DNA from: Bacteroidales bacterium
Lineage (GTDB): Bacteria > Bacteroidota > Bacteroidia > Bacteroidales > UBA10428
Direction of reading: 5' to 3'
NCBI GenBank assembly: GCA_016938235.1
Contig: JAFGVA010000063.1
Span: forward strand, 56,010 to 120,009
DNA: 64,000 nt
The translations under genes and the position numbers were made by a program. The notes under the pieces were generated by a model that was not told the DNA's origin, made no database searches, and was given only the letters and a program-made list of their open reading frames with translations. This document shows, in pieces, positions 10,801 to 18,588 of this stretch (the stretch's first letter is position 1; each line of letters starts with the position of its first letter).

Positions 10801-13800
10801 AATTATGACCGACAGCAACAACAGCAAAGCTTACATTATCGCCATTACAGCCCGAAACATCGACCGGTTGCTGAATAATTTCTGTCACTTTTCTAACTTC
10901 AACATCGGCAAGGTTGCTAACTACCGTACCACAACTACCGGTAACTTCTACAGAATAAACTGCATCATCGGACAGCACTGCATTTGCAATATTTAAATTC
11001 GCTGTATTTGTTCCGGTAATATTTGCTCCGTCAGAGATATCAGTAACTCCCTTGCGCCATTGATAAGACAGATTGCTTCCTGTAGCAAGCACAGTCAATG
11101 TGGTTGTTTGACCTTCGCAAATAATATCTCCTGAAGGATTAGTTGAAATAGCCGTGATTTCATTTGAAGTTAACCCGGCTGAATTTGAATTTTGTGTTCC
11201 ACAACTTCCGGTTACGATACATACATAAGAACCATCATCTGTGGGATCCAGTCCTGAAATACTCATATTTGGCGTATTTGTACCAGAAAGTGTACCTCCA
11301 TCAGAAATATTTCCTCCATCTTTTTGCCACTGATAGCTTAGGCCTGCACCATTTGCCAATACCGAAAATGTTATATTGTCGCCATTGCATCCTGTTGCAT
11401 CAACAGGCTCCAAGGTAATTTCTGTACTTTCTTCAACAACAAGTTGTGCAATTATGCTATTATCTGAACCGCAAATGCCGTTAACCTGACACGTATATGA
11501 ACCAATATTTGTTGAAGCAGCATTCGATATGGTAAGGTCTGCTGTTGTAGCTCCTGAAATATTTCCTCCATTGCTAAGTACAGCCCCTCCTTTGCTCCAA
11601 GTATAAGTAAGATTATCTCCTTCGGAAACTAAAGAAAAGGTTTGTGATGAACCTTCACAAATAGTATTTCCTGATGGCTCAATTGTAATGTTTGTATTTT
11701 CATATATTGTCAGATTAGCAGGGTCGCTATTCGCTGTTGCACAAACACCTGTCACAATACACTGGTAAATTCCTTCATCAGAGGCAACTGTTGAAGAAAT
11801 ACTTAGTACCTCTGTGTTAACACCGCTTATCGTACCTCCATCTAACATATCAGAACCATTAATTTGCCATTGATACGTTAATGATGAACCCGAAGCATCA
11901 ACAGAGAAAATTGCAGCATCGCCTTCGCATCTGCTAATTGCAGCAGGCTGAGTATTTATAACCGGATTCTGATTTACAGTTAAAATGGCTGGAGCAGTGC
12001 TCTCACCAGTAACAATACAAGTGTAGGCACCGGCATCAGACAATGTAGAACTTGTAATATTCAGATTAGCTGTAGCAACACCTGTAATGTTTGCATTATT
12101 TACTAAATCTACACCATCCTTTCTCCACTGGTAGGTATTCCCTGTACCACTGGCTGTAACAGTGAAAGCTGCACTCTCACCTTCGCACCGGGTAATACTT
12201 TGAGGTTGATTAATAATATTTGTTGTCAGGTTTACTGTTAGATTTGCCGGATTACTGATAATTGTATTACAAGTTCCTGTTACAATACATCTATATGCAC
12301 CTTCATCAGCCTCAGCCACTCCAGTTAAATCAAGGGTGGCAGCATCAGAACCTGAGATGGTTGCATTATCCGCCAAATTAACACCATCTTTTTGCCATTG
12401 ATAGATAAGGTTATCTCCCCCGGCAACAACTGAAAATGATGCATCTCCTCCAACAACAATTGTATAAGCAACCGGCTGTGTAATAACTGTTGTGGTTGGG
12501 TTAACAATTACATCAGAAGATGTGCTGTTTTCACTGCCGCAAGAACCAGTAACATAGCAACTGTATATACCATCATCCGTTTCATCAATACCGGAAATTA
12601 TTAAGTTATCGCCAAGCGATCCTGAAACATTACCACCATTTACAAGATCAACACCATCTTTTCTCCACTGATAGCTAAGGTTAGTACCATCGGCAACAAC
12701 AGAAAGGTTGAGGTTGTCACCTTCACAAAGTACGGAATTTAGCAGTGGCTGGCTTGTAATGTCTACCGTTTCGTCAATAATCAAAGTAGCACCATCGGAT
12801 ATTTGAGTTCCACAATCACCCGAAATAATACAACGATATACTCCGGCATCACTAGCCGTAACAGCAAGTATGTCAAGCCCGGTTGAAGTCTCGCCACCGA
12901 TATCCATTCCATTTTTCTGCCATTGATATGCCAGATTCGAACCTGTTGCCAGCACACTGAAGCTTGCATTTTCTCCCGGACAGGCGATTAAGTTAACAGG
13001 TTGTTCTGAAATTGTAATGGCTTCATCAACAATTAGATTTACCGAAGTACTGTTAACGGAACCACAAGTGCCGGTAACAACACAACTTATTACTCCTGCA
13101 TGAGTTAAATCTACCGGATAAAAACTTAAACTGTTTGTGTTAACACCCGAAATTGCTGCACCATCGGCAAGATCAATGCTATTCAATTTCCATTGGTAGG
13201 ATAATCCTGTACCGGCAGCTGTTACAACAAATCCGGCACTGCTACCTTCACAAACTTCCTCATCGGTTGGTTCAATGGTAATTGAAACTGCTGAATTAAC
13301 CGTTAAAGTTGCACCTGCCGAAACGATTGTACCGCAATCACCAGTGATTACACACCTGTATGTTCCGGCATCGCCTGCTGCAACACCCGACAATAATAAT
13401 CCGGCACTAGATTCACCAGGAATATCTATCCCATTTTTCTGCCACTGATACAATAGAATGTCGCCTGTTACAACAACATTATAGACAACATTATTGCCTG
13501 GACAAGCTGTTTTACTCTGTGGCTGACTTGTAATAGCTATTCCTTCGTTAACAGTGAGATTTGCAGGAAGTGTATTTTCTAAACCACAAGTACCGGTCAC
13601 TTCACAAACATATGCTCCTTCATTGGTTAGAGCCACAGGATCGAAAACCAGGTTATTTGTGTTTGCCCCGGTAATACCTACACCATCGACAACATCAACT
13701 CCATTGTTTTTCCATTGATATGTCAGGCCTGTACCCGTTGCTTCGACTGTTAAACCTGCCATTTCACCCTCGCAAACTGTTTGATTCGCAGGTTCTGTTA

Positions 13801-16800
13801 TGATAATAACATCTTCATTAACAATTAGGCTGGCAGCATTGCTTATCTCGGCACCACATGTACCATTTACCACACATCGATATAATCCTTCATCAGCATC
13901 CGTAACATTGTTCAGTAATAAAGCTGAATTTTCTTCCAAAGGAATATCAACTCCGTTAACCTGCCATTGATATGATATTCCTGTTCCTGATGCAGTAACA
14001 TTGTAAATAATATCATCGTCTGGACAGGCAGTTTTATTCTGAGGATTTAAGGATATTGTGACTTCTTCGTTAACGGTAAGATATACCGTTGTACTGGTTT
14101 CGTTACTACAAGTACCACTTACAACACATGAAATTGAGCCTTCAAGTGCTGTAATTGCCGGGTTTATTACCAGGTTATTGGTTGCAGATCCGGATACACC
14201 CCCTCCATCAACGAGATTTGAACCATTTAACTTCCATTGGTAGGTAGGTGATGTACCAGTAACTGTTATGGAGAAACCAGCAGCTTCATTTTCACAAACT
14301 TCATCATTAACCGGCTCAGAGGTAATTTCAATATCTTGGTTTATGGTAAGAAGAGCACCGTTGCTGTTCACTGTTCCACAATCGCCTGTAACCACACAGC
14401 GGAAGGTTCCTGCATCGGCGGTGGTAACATTATTTATTATATAGCTGTTGGTAGTTACGCCAACAGGTACGCCACCTTTTTGCCACTCATAGTTTAAATT
14501 GGTTCCTGTTGCTGAAATACTAAATACAGCATTACCTCCCTCACAAACCGACTGATTGGAAGGGTGCACAGAAATACTTGTATTTTCCTTTAAAACAAGG
14601 TTTGCCGGATTCGATGTTTCAGAACCACAACTTCCGACCACTTCACACTGATATACTCCGTTATTACCCGCAATTATTCCAATTATATTTAATGTGTTTG
14701 TTAGTGCTCCGGAAATATTACCTCCGTTTGTCAGATCAAAACCATCTTTTTTCCATTGATAAATTAAATTGCTTCCGTCAGCAGCAACTACATAAGTGGC
14801 ATTTCCGCCTAAACACTCGGTCACAGTTGTTGGTTGCAAAGTTATTATGGTATTAGCATAAAGACTTAAATCGGCTGACTGACTGATTAATGTTGAACCA
14901 CAGGAATTTGTAATAATACAACGGTAACTTCCAACATGAGTAGCATCTACACCGATAATTGAATAAACAGAATTAGTTGCTCCGGCAATATCAATACCGG
15001 CTTTTTGCCATTGATAACTTAGATTTGAGCCTGAGGCTGTAACACTAAAGGATATATTATCTGTTTCACAAGCCTGAATATCTGTTGGCTGAACAGAGAT
15101 GGCAATTGCATCATCGACGGAAATAACAGCTGGATCGGAATCAATAGTTCCGCAATCGCCAAACACTTTACAATAATAAGTACCGGCGTCGGTAACATCG
15201 AGGTTATTAATAACAAGGTTATTGCTTAAAGCACCAGAAACATCACCTCCATTTACAACTATTGCAGCATTTTTGTACCATTGGTAATTCAGGTTTGAAC
15301 CCGAGGCTGTAACTGAAAGATTTATATTGTTGCCAACACATTCTATTGCATCAGTCGGCTGAACACTAATTGCAGTCAAAGGATTGATGGTTAACGTTGC
15401 TATTGAACTATTAAGGCTTGAACCACAGGAATTTGAAACTACACATCTGTAATTCCCGGCATCGGCAGCAACAACAGAATTCACATTTAAGTTAGCTGTT
15501 GTAATTCCCAAAGAAACTCCATCTTTAAACCACTCGTAACTTAAATTACTTCCAGTTGCAACAATTGAAAAGGTTATATTATTTCCCTCACAGGCTGTCT
15601 GACTAAAAGGTTGGGTTGTTATAGCAATAGCATCATCAACAATCAATGTAGCCGGATCACTATCTAAGGAACCACAATCACCAGATACCTGGCATAAATA
15701 ACTTCCTGCGTTAACAGGTGCTACCCCTGTCAGAACCAAAATATCTGCAGTTGAACCTGAAATCACACCACCATCAACTGTTGGTAAACCATCTTTTTGC
15801 CACTGAAAGCTTAAATTTGACCCTGTAGCCGTAATGCTGAAACTGGCATTTCCACCTTCACATTCAACAGCATCAACCGGATGAGCAGTAATTGCAGTTG
15901 CTATATTCATTGTTAATGTTGCTGAAGAGGTAAGCTGTGTTGCTCCGCAAGGACTCGAAACAAGGCAACGATAATTACCGGCACTTGTAGCATCAACATT
16001 GTTCAATACCAGACTCTGACTGGTCTGACCGACTATATCTACACCGTTTTTTCTCCATTGATAAGACAAACTTGTACCTGTTGCAGTAACATTAAAGCTT
16101 ACACTATTACCCGGACAAGCGGTTTTGCTGACCGGCTGGCTGGTTATAACAATAGGTGCATCAATTTCAACAGTTGCTGCATCGCTTTCAAGTATTCCAC
16201 AATCGCCCGTGACAACACAACTGTATAAACCAATATCTGCAGTAGTAACATTTGTAATTACAAGATTAGACAGTGTTTCTCCTCCAATATCTACTCCATC
16301 TTTCTTCCATTGATAGCTCAAATTTGAACCTGTTGCAATAACTTCAAGACTTATTGTACCTCCTGCGCATAAGTATTGATCGGTAGGATTAGTAGTTATA
16401 GCAGTTGCCGAAACCATTGTTAATGTAGCCGCATCGGATGTTAAAGGACCTCCGCAGGTGCTCGTAATTTCACAGATATAATCGGCCTCAAAAGTGGCAT
16501 CGATTCCATTAAGTGCGAGAATTGGGTTAACAGCGCCTGCTATCATTGCGGCATCTTTATACCATTGATATGTAAGGTTAACGCCCGTTGCTTCAATTGA
16601 GATTGTTGTATTAGAACCTGGACAACCATTAACATTTGAAGGCTGTGTGGCAACAACGACTTGAGGATGAACATTTACCTGAGCAGAACCCGCTCCTGTG
16701 TTGGAACAACCATTTCCATCTGTAACAACACTGATGGTATAGGTAGTAGTATCTGTTGGTGAAACATTATTATTATACAAAAGAGCACCATAATTGCTTA

Positions 16801-18415
16801 CATCTGTATCGACTGTGCCTGTTGTATAGGTAAAATTGAATGGCGTCGCACCGGTCAGATTAACAGTTAGCGGGGTATTACTTCCTTCGCAGATAGTTGC
16901 ATTGCCGGAAATTGTAGCTGTTGGTATTGCGTTCACAGTGGTCTGCTTAGTAATAAAAGCAGAACAACCAGCAGGACTTGTATAGGAATACCTGACGGTG
17001 TATGGTCCACCCACAGCAAGAGCAGCCGGATTAAAACCGGCTGTCCCATTACCGTTATCAGTTATTCCGGGTCCTGTAAATGTTCCGGCGGGAGCATAAT
17101 TACCTGTTAAAGTTACACTTGTTCCATTTTTACAATATTGTGTTGAAAAACCCGAAAAAGCAGGAGTTGGTAAAGCTACCACATCAACATCCTGACTGAT
17201 TGTATTATCACAAAAACCATCGTTATAAGTGTATTCAACTGTATGCGTTCCCACACCGGCGGTTGATGGATCAAAATCAGCTGAACCATCAAGATTATCT
17301 GATAAACCTGCAATAAGAGTGTAACTTCCGCCAGCTGGCGTTGCCACTACAGTAGCGCTTGTTTCGTCGAAACAATAAGCTGGATCAAGGCCATTCATAG
17401 TAAGAACAGTTCCTACGTCAACTGTTTGTGATTCGCTGCTAATACACGAATTGCCATCGGTATAGGTATACGTTATTGTAAACGTTCCCAAACCTGCAAC
17501 AATTGGATTGAAATTTGCTGTTCCATTGCCATTATCAAAGATACCCGAACCTGTAAAAACACCACCGGCATCTGTAGGTGTACCGGTAAGTGGTGCGGCT
17601 GCATCAAGCTCACAATATTTTGCTGCTAATCCTGCAAAACTCACAGCAGGAAGATGATTTACTGTTATATTTCCAGAGGAGGAATTTGTGCAGTTTCCAT
17701 CATCGTAAGTATATGTAATGGTTTGTGTTCCTACCCCGGCAACAGTCGGATAAAAGCTGCCACCCGAAACACCTGTTCCAGAGTAGGTACCACCAACAGG
17801 AGTTGCCTGGTTTAGAACGATGGCTGCTCCACCTTCGCATTGATCAGGAAAAGCAGCAATATTAATAATTGGTAATGCATGAACAGTTATATTTTGGTAA
17901 GCAGTACTTGTACAAGTCCCAACCTCATTGGTATAAGAAATTGTATGTGTCCCGGCACCTGCAACAGCCGGATCAAAGTTTCCTGAGCCATCAACTCCTG
18001 GGCCTGAATAGATACCCCCTGCAGGATTTCCCCCACTTAAAGCAAAAACTGATTCATCAATACAAACATCGGCAAGCGGATCGAGGGTTGTTGAAGGAAA
18101 GGCTGAAACTTCGATTGTTAATGTTACCCTTGGTGGATTGTCATAAGTAATAGTATGAGTTCCCACTCCAGCAATATTCGGATCAAATGTGGCAGAATCA
18201 TTTTTTGTTGGATTTATAGGATCCGGATGATTTGTTATTCCTGGCCCATAAAAGAATTTTGTGCTTGGATTATTTGCAGTTACCGTAACAGATGCGTCGT
18301 TAACACAAAAGATTTGACCATTTGTAAGACCGTTTATAACTACCTGCGTATATGATGTAAAAGAAATACCAATCAGTATAACCGAATACAGTAATTTTTT
18401 TTTTGAAGATACCAT
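4850..18415 (-). CDS. Giant (4521 aa) repetitive cell-surface adhesin, SprB-like T9SS cargo with type-B C-terminal sorting domain
   Basis: A single uninterrupted 13,566-nt ORF with an N-terminal signal peptide (KKKLLYSVILIGISFTSYTQ). It contains three internal repeat arrays, two PKD-like domains and a gliding-motility-type CTD. Confidence 0.9.
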   Translation of the reverse strand: MVSSKKKLLYSVILIGISFTSYTQVVINGLTNGQIFCVNDASVTVTANNPSTKFFYGPGITNHPDPINPTKNDSATFDPNIAGVGTHTITYDNPPRVTLTIEVSAFPSTTLDPLADVCIDESVFALSGGNPAGGIYSGPGVDGSGNFDPAVAGAGTHTISYTNEVGTCTSTAYQNITVHALPIINIAAFPDQCEGGAAIVLNQATPVGGTYSGTGVSGGSFYPTVAGVGTQTITYTYDDGNCTNSSSGNITVNHLPAVSFAGLAAKYCELDAAAPLTGTPTDAGGVFTGSGIFDNGNGTANFNPIVAGLGTFTITYTYTDGNSCISSESQTVDVGTVLTMNGLDPAYCFDETSATVVATPAGGSYTLIAGLSDNLDGSADFDPSTAGVGTHTVEYTYNDGFCDNTISQDVDVVALPTPAFSGFSTQYCKNGTSVTLTGNYAPAGTFTGPGITDNGNGTAGFNPAALAVGGPYTVRYSYTSPAGCSAFITKQTTVNAIPTATISGNATICEGSNTPLTVNLTGATPFNFTYTTGTVDTDVSNYGALLYNNNVSPTDTTTYTISVVTDGNGCSNTGAGSAQVNVHPQVVVATQPSNVNGCPGSNTTISIEATGVNLTYQWYKDAAMIAGAVNPILALNGIDATFEADYICEITSTCGGPLTSDAATLTMVSATAITTNPTDQYLCAGGTISLEVIATGSNLSYQWKKDGVDIGGETLSNLVITNVTTADIGLYSCVVTGDCGILESDAATVEIDAPIVITSQPVSKTACPGNSVSFNVTATGTSLSYQWRKNGVDIVGQTSQSLVLNNVDATSAGNYRCLVSSPCGATQLTSSATLTMNIATAITAHPVDAVECEGGNASFSITATGSNLSFQWQKDGLPTVDGGVISGSTADILVLTGVAPVNAGSYLCQVSGDCGSLDSDPATLIVDDAIAITTQPFSQTACEGNNITFSIVATGSNLSYEWFKDGVSLGITTANLNVNSVVAADAGNYRCVVSNSCGSSLNSSIATLTINPLTAISVQPTDAIECVGNNINLSVTASGSNLNYQWYKNAAIVVNGGDVSGALSNNLVINNLDVTDAGTYYCKVFGDCGTIDSDPAVISVDDAIAISVQPTDIQACETDNISFSVTASGSNLSYQWQKAGIDIAGATNSVYSIIGVDATHVGSYRCIITNSCGSTLISQSADLSLYANTIITLQPTTVTECLGGNATYVVAADGSNLIYQWKKDGFDLTNGGNISGALTNTLNIIGIIAGNNGVYQCEVVGSCGSETSNPANLVLKENTSISVHPSNQSVCEGGNAVFSISATGTNLNYEWQKGGVPVGVTTNSYIINNVTTADAGTFRCVVTGDCGTVNSNGALLTINQDIEITSEPVNDEVCENEAAGFSITVTGTSPTYQWKLNGSNLVDGGGVSGSATNNLVINPAITALEGSISCVVSGTCSNETSTTVYLTVNEEVTISLNPQNKTACPDDDIIYNVTASGTGISYQWQVNGVDIPLEENSALLLNNVTDADEGLYRCVVNGTCGAEISNAASLIVNEDVIIITEPANQTVCEGEMAGLTVEATGTGLTYQWKNNGVDVVDGVGITGANTNNLVFDPVALTNEGAYVCEVTGTCGLENTLPANLTVNEGIAITSQPQSKTACPGNNVVYNVVVTGDILLYQWQKNGIDIPGESSAGLLLSGVAAGDAGTYRCVITGDCGTIVSAGATLTVNSAVSITIEPTDEEVCEGSSAGFVVTAAGTGLSYQWKLNSIDLADGAAISGVNTNSLSFYPVDLTHAGVISCVVTGTCGSVNSTSVNLIVDEAITISEQPVNLIACPGENASFSVLATGSNLAYQWQKNGMDIGGETSTGLDILAVTASDAGVYRCIISGDCGTQISDGATLIIDETVDITSQPLLNSVLCEGDNLNLSVVADGTNLSYQWRKDGVDLVNGGNVSGSLGDNLIISGIDETDDGIYSCYVTGSCGSENSTSSDVIVNPTTTVITQPVAYTIVVGGDASFSVVAGGDNLIYQWQKDGVNLADNATISGSDAATLDLTGVAEADEGAYRCIVTGTCNTIISNPANLTVNLTTNIINQPQSITRCEGESAAFTVTASGTGNTYQWRKDGVDLVNNANITGVATANLNITSSTLSDAGAYTCIVTGESTAPAILTVNQNPVINTQPAAISRCEGDAAIFSVDASGSSLTYQWQINGSDMLDGGTISGVNTEVLSISSTVASDEGIYQCIVTGVCATANSDPANLTIYENTNITIEPSGNTICEGSSQTFSLVSEGDNLTYTWSKGGAVLSNGGNISGATTADLTISNAASTNIGSYTCQVNGICGSDNSIIAQLVVEESTEITLEPVDATGCNGDNITFSVLANGAGLSYQWQKDGGNISDGGTLSGTNTPNMSISGLDPTDDGSYVCIVTGSCGTQNSNSAGLTSNEITAISTNPSGDIICEGQTTTLTVLATGSNLSYQWRKGVTDISDGANITGTNTANLNIANAVLSDDAVYSVEVTGSCGTVVSNLADVEVRKVTEIIQQPVDVSGCNGDNVSFAVVAVGHNLTYQWQKNGVDISDGGTISGTGTNVLSIADIVPADAASYRCEITGSCNTIYSDPATLSSYTTTQITTHPTGTTVCEGSSFSMGVVGIGDNLVYQWSKDGVALSNGGNISGVNSANLSVTNAVLTDKGSYTVEVSGECSSAISNLAIVKVDSVTKISLQPIDILGCEGDNVSFSVLASGKNITYQWQKDGVNLSNTGAVSGVNTSLLNINGIVPANDGSFRCMVTGGCNTVNSNIATLNSYENTHIFTQPVGTTVCEGSQVSMNVASLGDNLTYQWKKNGSNLSDGGDISGSATNTLLLNNSILSNSGVYTCLVTGSCGTENSSPASVTITEETVITTQPVSKSTCEGDVAVFTVAATGENLIYQWQRNEINLSDNAKVFGSNTAILTINNLVSTDAGIYRCVVTGTCGAVNSDGSDLAVNVYPSAAGVIVGPTSVCQGDENVIFEVANINNTSVYNWILPVGVTIQSGEGTRLIEVSFANGELGGNIFVQGENTCGNGTISTAHNVVANPIPNALAGPDQSICSDNSSLEAVHPGTATGTWSVLDGPAVVQNVNINTSSVTNLRTGSNTFIWTVTQSGCSSTDTVVVRNNSVVAEAGTNQTICIESITLEGNTPPDGAFGGWSITTGSASFSDGDSPISTASAFASGINILRWTLTNGTCSDYDTVVVDNQAPSTAYAGIDQSICGTSTSLSANNPAVGVGNWTVISGSVSFANASQNNSAITNISKGSNILRWTITNGICSSIDEVSVTNNKVSVNAGIDQVICDRTADLAATPPVTGVGNWSVFSGSAAFVNNNLYNTRVTGLAKGENILGWNINNNGCISTDTVSITNDSPTQSDAGNDEVITADFTTLQGNIPAIGTGTWSLIAGSAVIAEPGLYNTNVTGLALGDNTFRWTISHNSCISYDEVIITNFTPTDTDAGSDQTICSTEAQLEANEPIFGFGEWSVIQGSATFTDKTQYNTTVKGLASGDNVLRWTIWQNGYSSDDVVITNDLPTQADGGGIQVLCSDSTKLSANEPLIGKGKWTVVSGAGTFDNDSVYNTIVRSMSKGENIYKWTITNKSCILSDNVSISNDLPTEAIAGQDQSICSNTTILSPNTPSVGTGTWSVIGGSATFNGNIVSSLAEGDNTLRWTITNKSCSLFDETVVTNNTPSKAQAGADKVLCADSISLAANTPIIGTGTWSIQSGSGDIADSLSSTSKVTDMNQGINVFRWTISNYGCSNFDEVVITNSLIEAVAGSDQAICSETTVLEANNPDAGEGLWTVLGGSGSATFDDATQPDTRVSKLDKGANILRWTIINDICESHADVVISNDLPTVSYAGPDESLCIDSTALKAGVPLIGTGEWSILSGSATISDINSNTSKITNLGYGVNTLRWTISNSGCTSTDEVVITNNATVDSDAGTDVSVCSDSTVLFGNNPPFGIGQWSVIKGSATFVDNINYNTKVRNLGKGTNVLRWMILNGDCSSSDNVSVTNNSPSTSIAGGDQTICGDYTTLFANIPAIGTGHWVLVSGAASFEDSTKYNTTVSGLNPGNNTLRWVIENEGCTKYDDVVITNDLPYVADAGQDMELCSASGKLFANDPISGVGMWSVISGSGSFDNAAKYDAIVSNLGFGTNTLRWTITYDECETTDDITVVNNKLDIYAGIDQVVGEPRTLLAANNPSSGNGMWSVVGGLGAFEQQNNSITFVNGLGAGLNTFRWSVDINGCISYDDVSVTYNVPPGASFVITSSEGCPPLEIYFVNNSMDNLPFSWDFDDGTSSEEVTVRHIYTEPGTYRPTLTIIGNAGEVIQKDTLITVYPQPDASFLVVNKEVYIPEEDALFINNSTNAVSYVWEFGDGSTSEERDPKYTYVTPGLYDITLHAYSDKNCYDSTTMIGAVEVLESGTIIFPNAFTPNLEGSSNGVYNENDFSNDVFFPIGEGLDEYHLEVFNKWGVLVFESREISIGWDGYYNGELLEEGVYVWKVTGKYNNGRDYKKVGTVLLIR
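4853..5155 (-). other. Type-B T9SS C-terminal sorting domain (gliding motility-associated CTD) of the giant protein
   Basis: The last ~100 aa read IIFPNAFTPNLEG...NDVFFPIG...YHLEVFNKWGVLVFES...GWDGYYNGELLEEGVYVWKV...GTVLLIR. This matches the FTPNGDG.N..F/W.G-type pattern of type-B CTDs. Confidence 0.8.
5160..5650 (-). other. Two PKD-like domains of the giant protein
   Basis: Motifs FSWDFDDGTSSEEVTVRHIYTEPGTYRPTLTI and YVWEFGDGSTSEERDPKYTYVTPGLYDITLHA (WxFGDG...H.Y...G.Y.V.L pattern). Confidence 0.75.
5655..9280 (-). repeat. 15 tandem ~80-aa modules (AG.DQ.IC....L.AN.P..G.G.WSV.SGSA.F.......NT.V..L..G.N.LRWTI.N..C.S.D.V.ITN)
   Basis: Counted directly from the translation, aa ~3045-4255. Each module has a conserved Cys pair and a WS/WT...RWTI core. 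Coordinates are approximate to a few codons. Confidence 0.8.
9540..16680 (-). repeat. 27 tandem Ig-like (I-set-type) domains of ~88-93 aa
   Basis: The motif [LI]xY[QET]W.K.G....(GG..SG)...L.I.......D.G.Y.C.V.G.CG recurs 27 times, aa ~578-2958. Boundaries were anchored on back-translated peptides at nt ~16680 (GAGSAQVNV) and ~9540 (TDAGIYRCVVTGTCGAVNSDGSDLAVNV). Confidence 0.85.
16680..18330 (-). repeat. 6-7 N-terminal ~75-80-aa modules (C......L.G.P.GG.YSG.G....G.F.P..AG.GTHTITY.Y....C......I.V..LP)
   Basis: Read from the translation, aa ~30-578. The core AG(V/A/L)GT(H/Q/F)TI(T/S)Y recurs. Confidence 0.7.
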
Positions 18416-18588
18416 TAAAGTAATTCGTTTTTTAAAAATCTTGTGCTGCTAAAAATCACAGCAAAACACTACTTTAAGTTACGAAAAACAGAGCTATCAG
18501 TTTTAGGGAAAACCCCGATTTATCGGTGATATATCTCACCTTCTTTTTATCAAAATGGGTATAAACACTCACTTGTATGTCGGAAAGA

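Noticed and set aside
4912-18355. About 35 short ORFs (60-120 aa) on both strands nested inside the giant adhesin gene (for example 6486..6848, 8853..9152, 14578..14856).
   Set aside because: All lie inside one uninterrupted 13.6-kb ORF with clear domain structure. Their translations are low-complexity and show no motifs. Long repetitive coding regions routinely produce such shadow ORFs.
4850-18415. Diversity-generating retroelement or cassette-type variation acting on the repetitive adhesin.
   Set aside because: No reverse transcriptase, template repeat outside the gene, invertase or recombinase gene was found in the window.
18510-18526. A short hairpin CCCGATTTATCGG, plus a 10-mer AAACCCCGAT shared with the hairpin at 41822-41831, as a possible repeated element or terminator between the heptad array and the adhesin gene.
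   Set aside because: The stem is only 3-5 effective bp and the minus-strand U-run is 4 nt. A single shared 10-mer in 64 kb is not clearly beyond chance. I note it only as a possible weak terminator.
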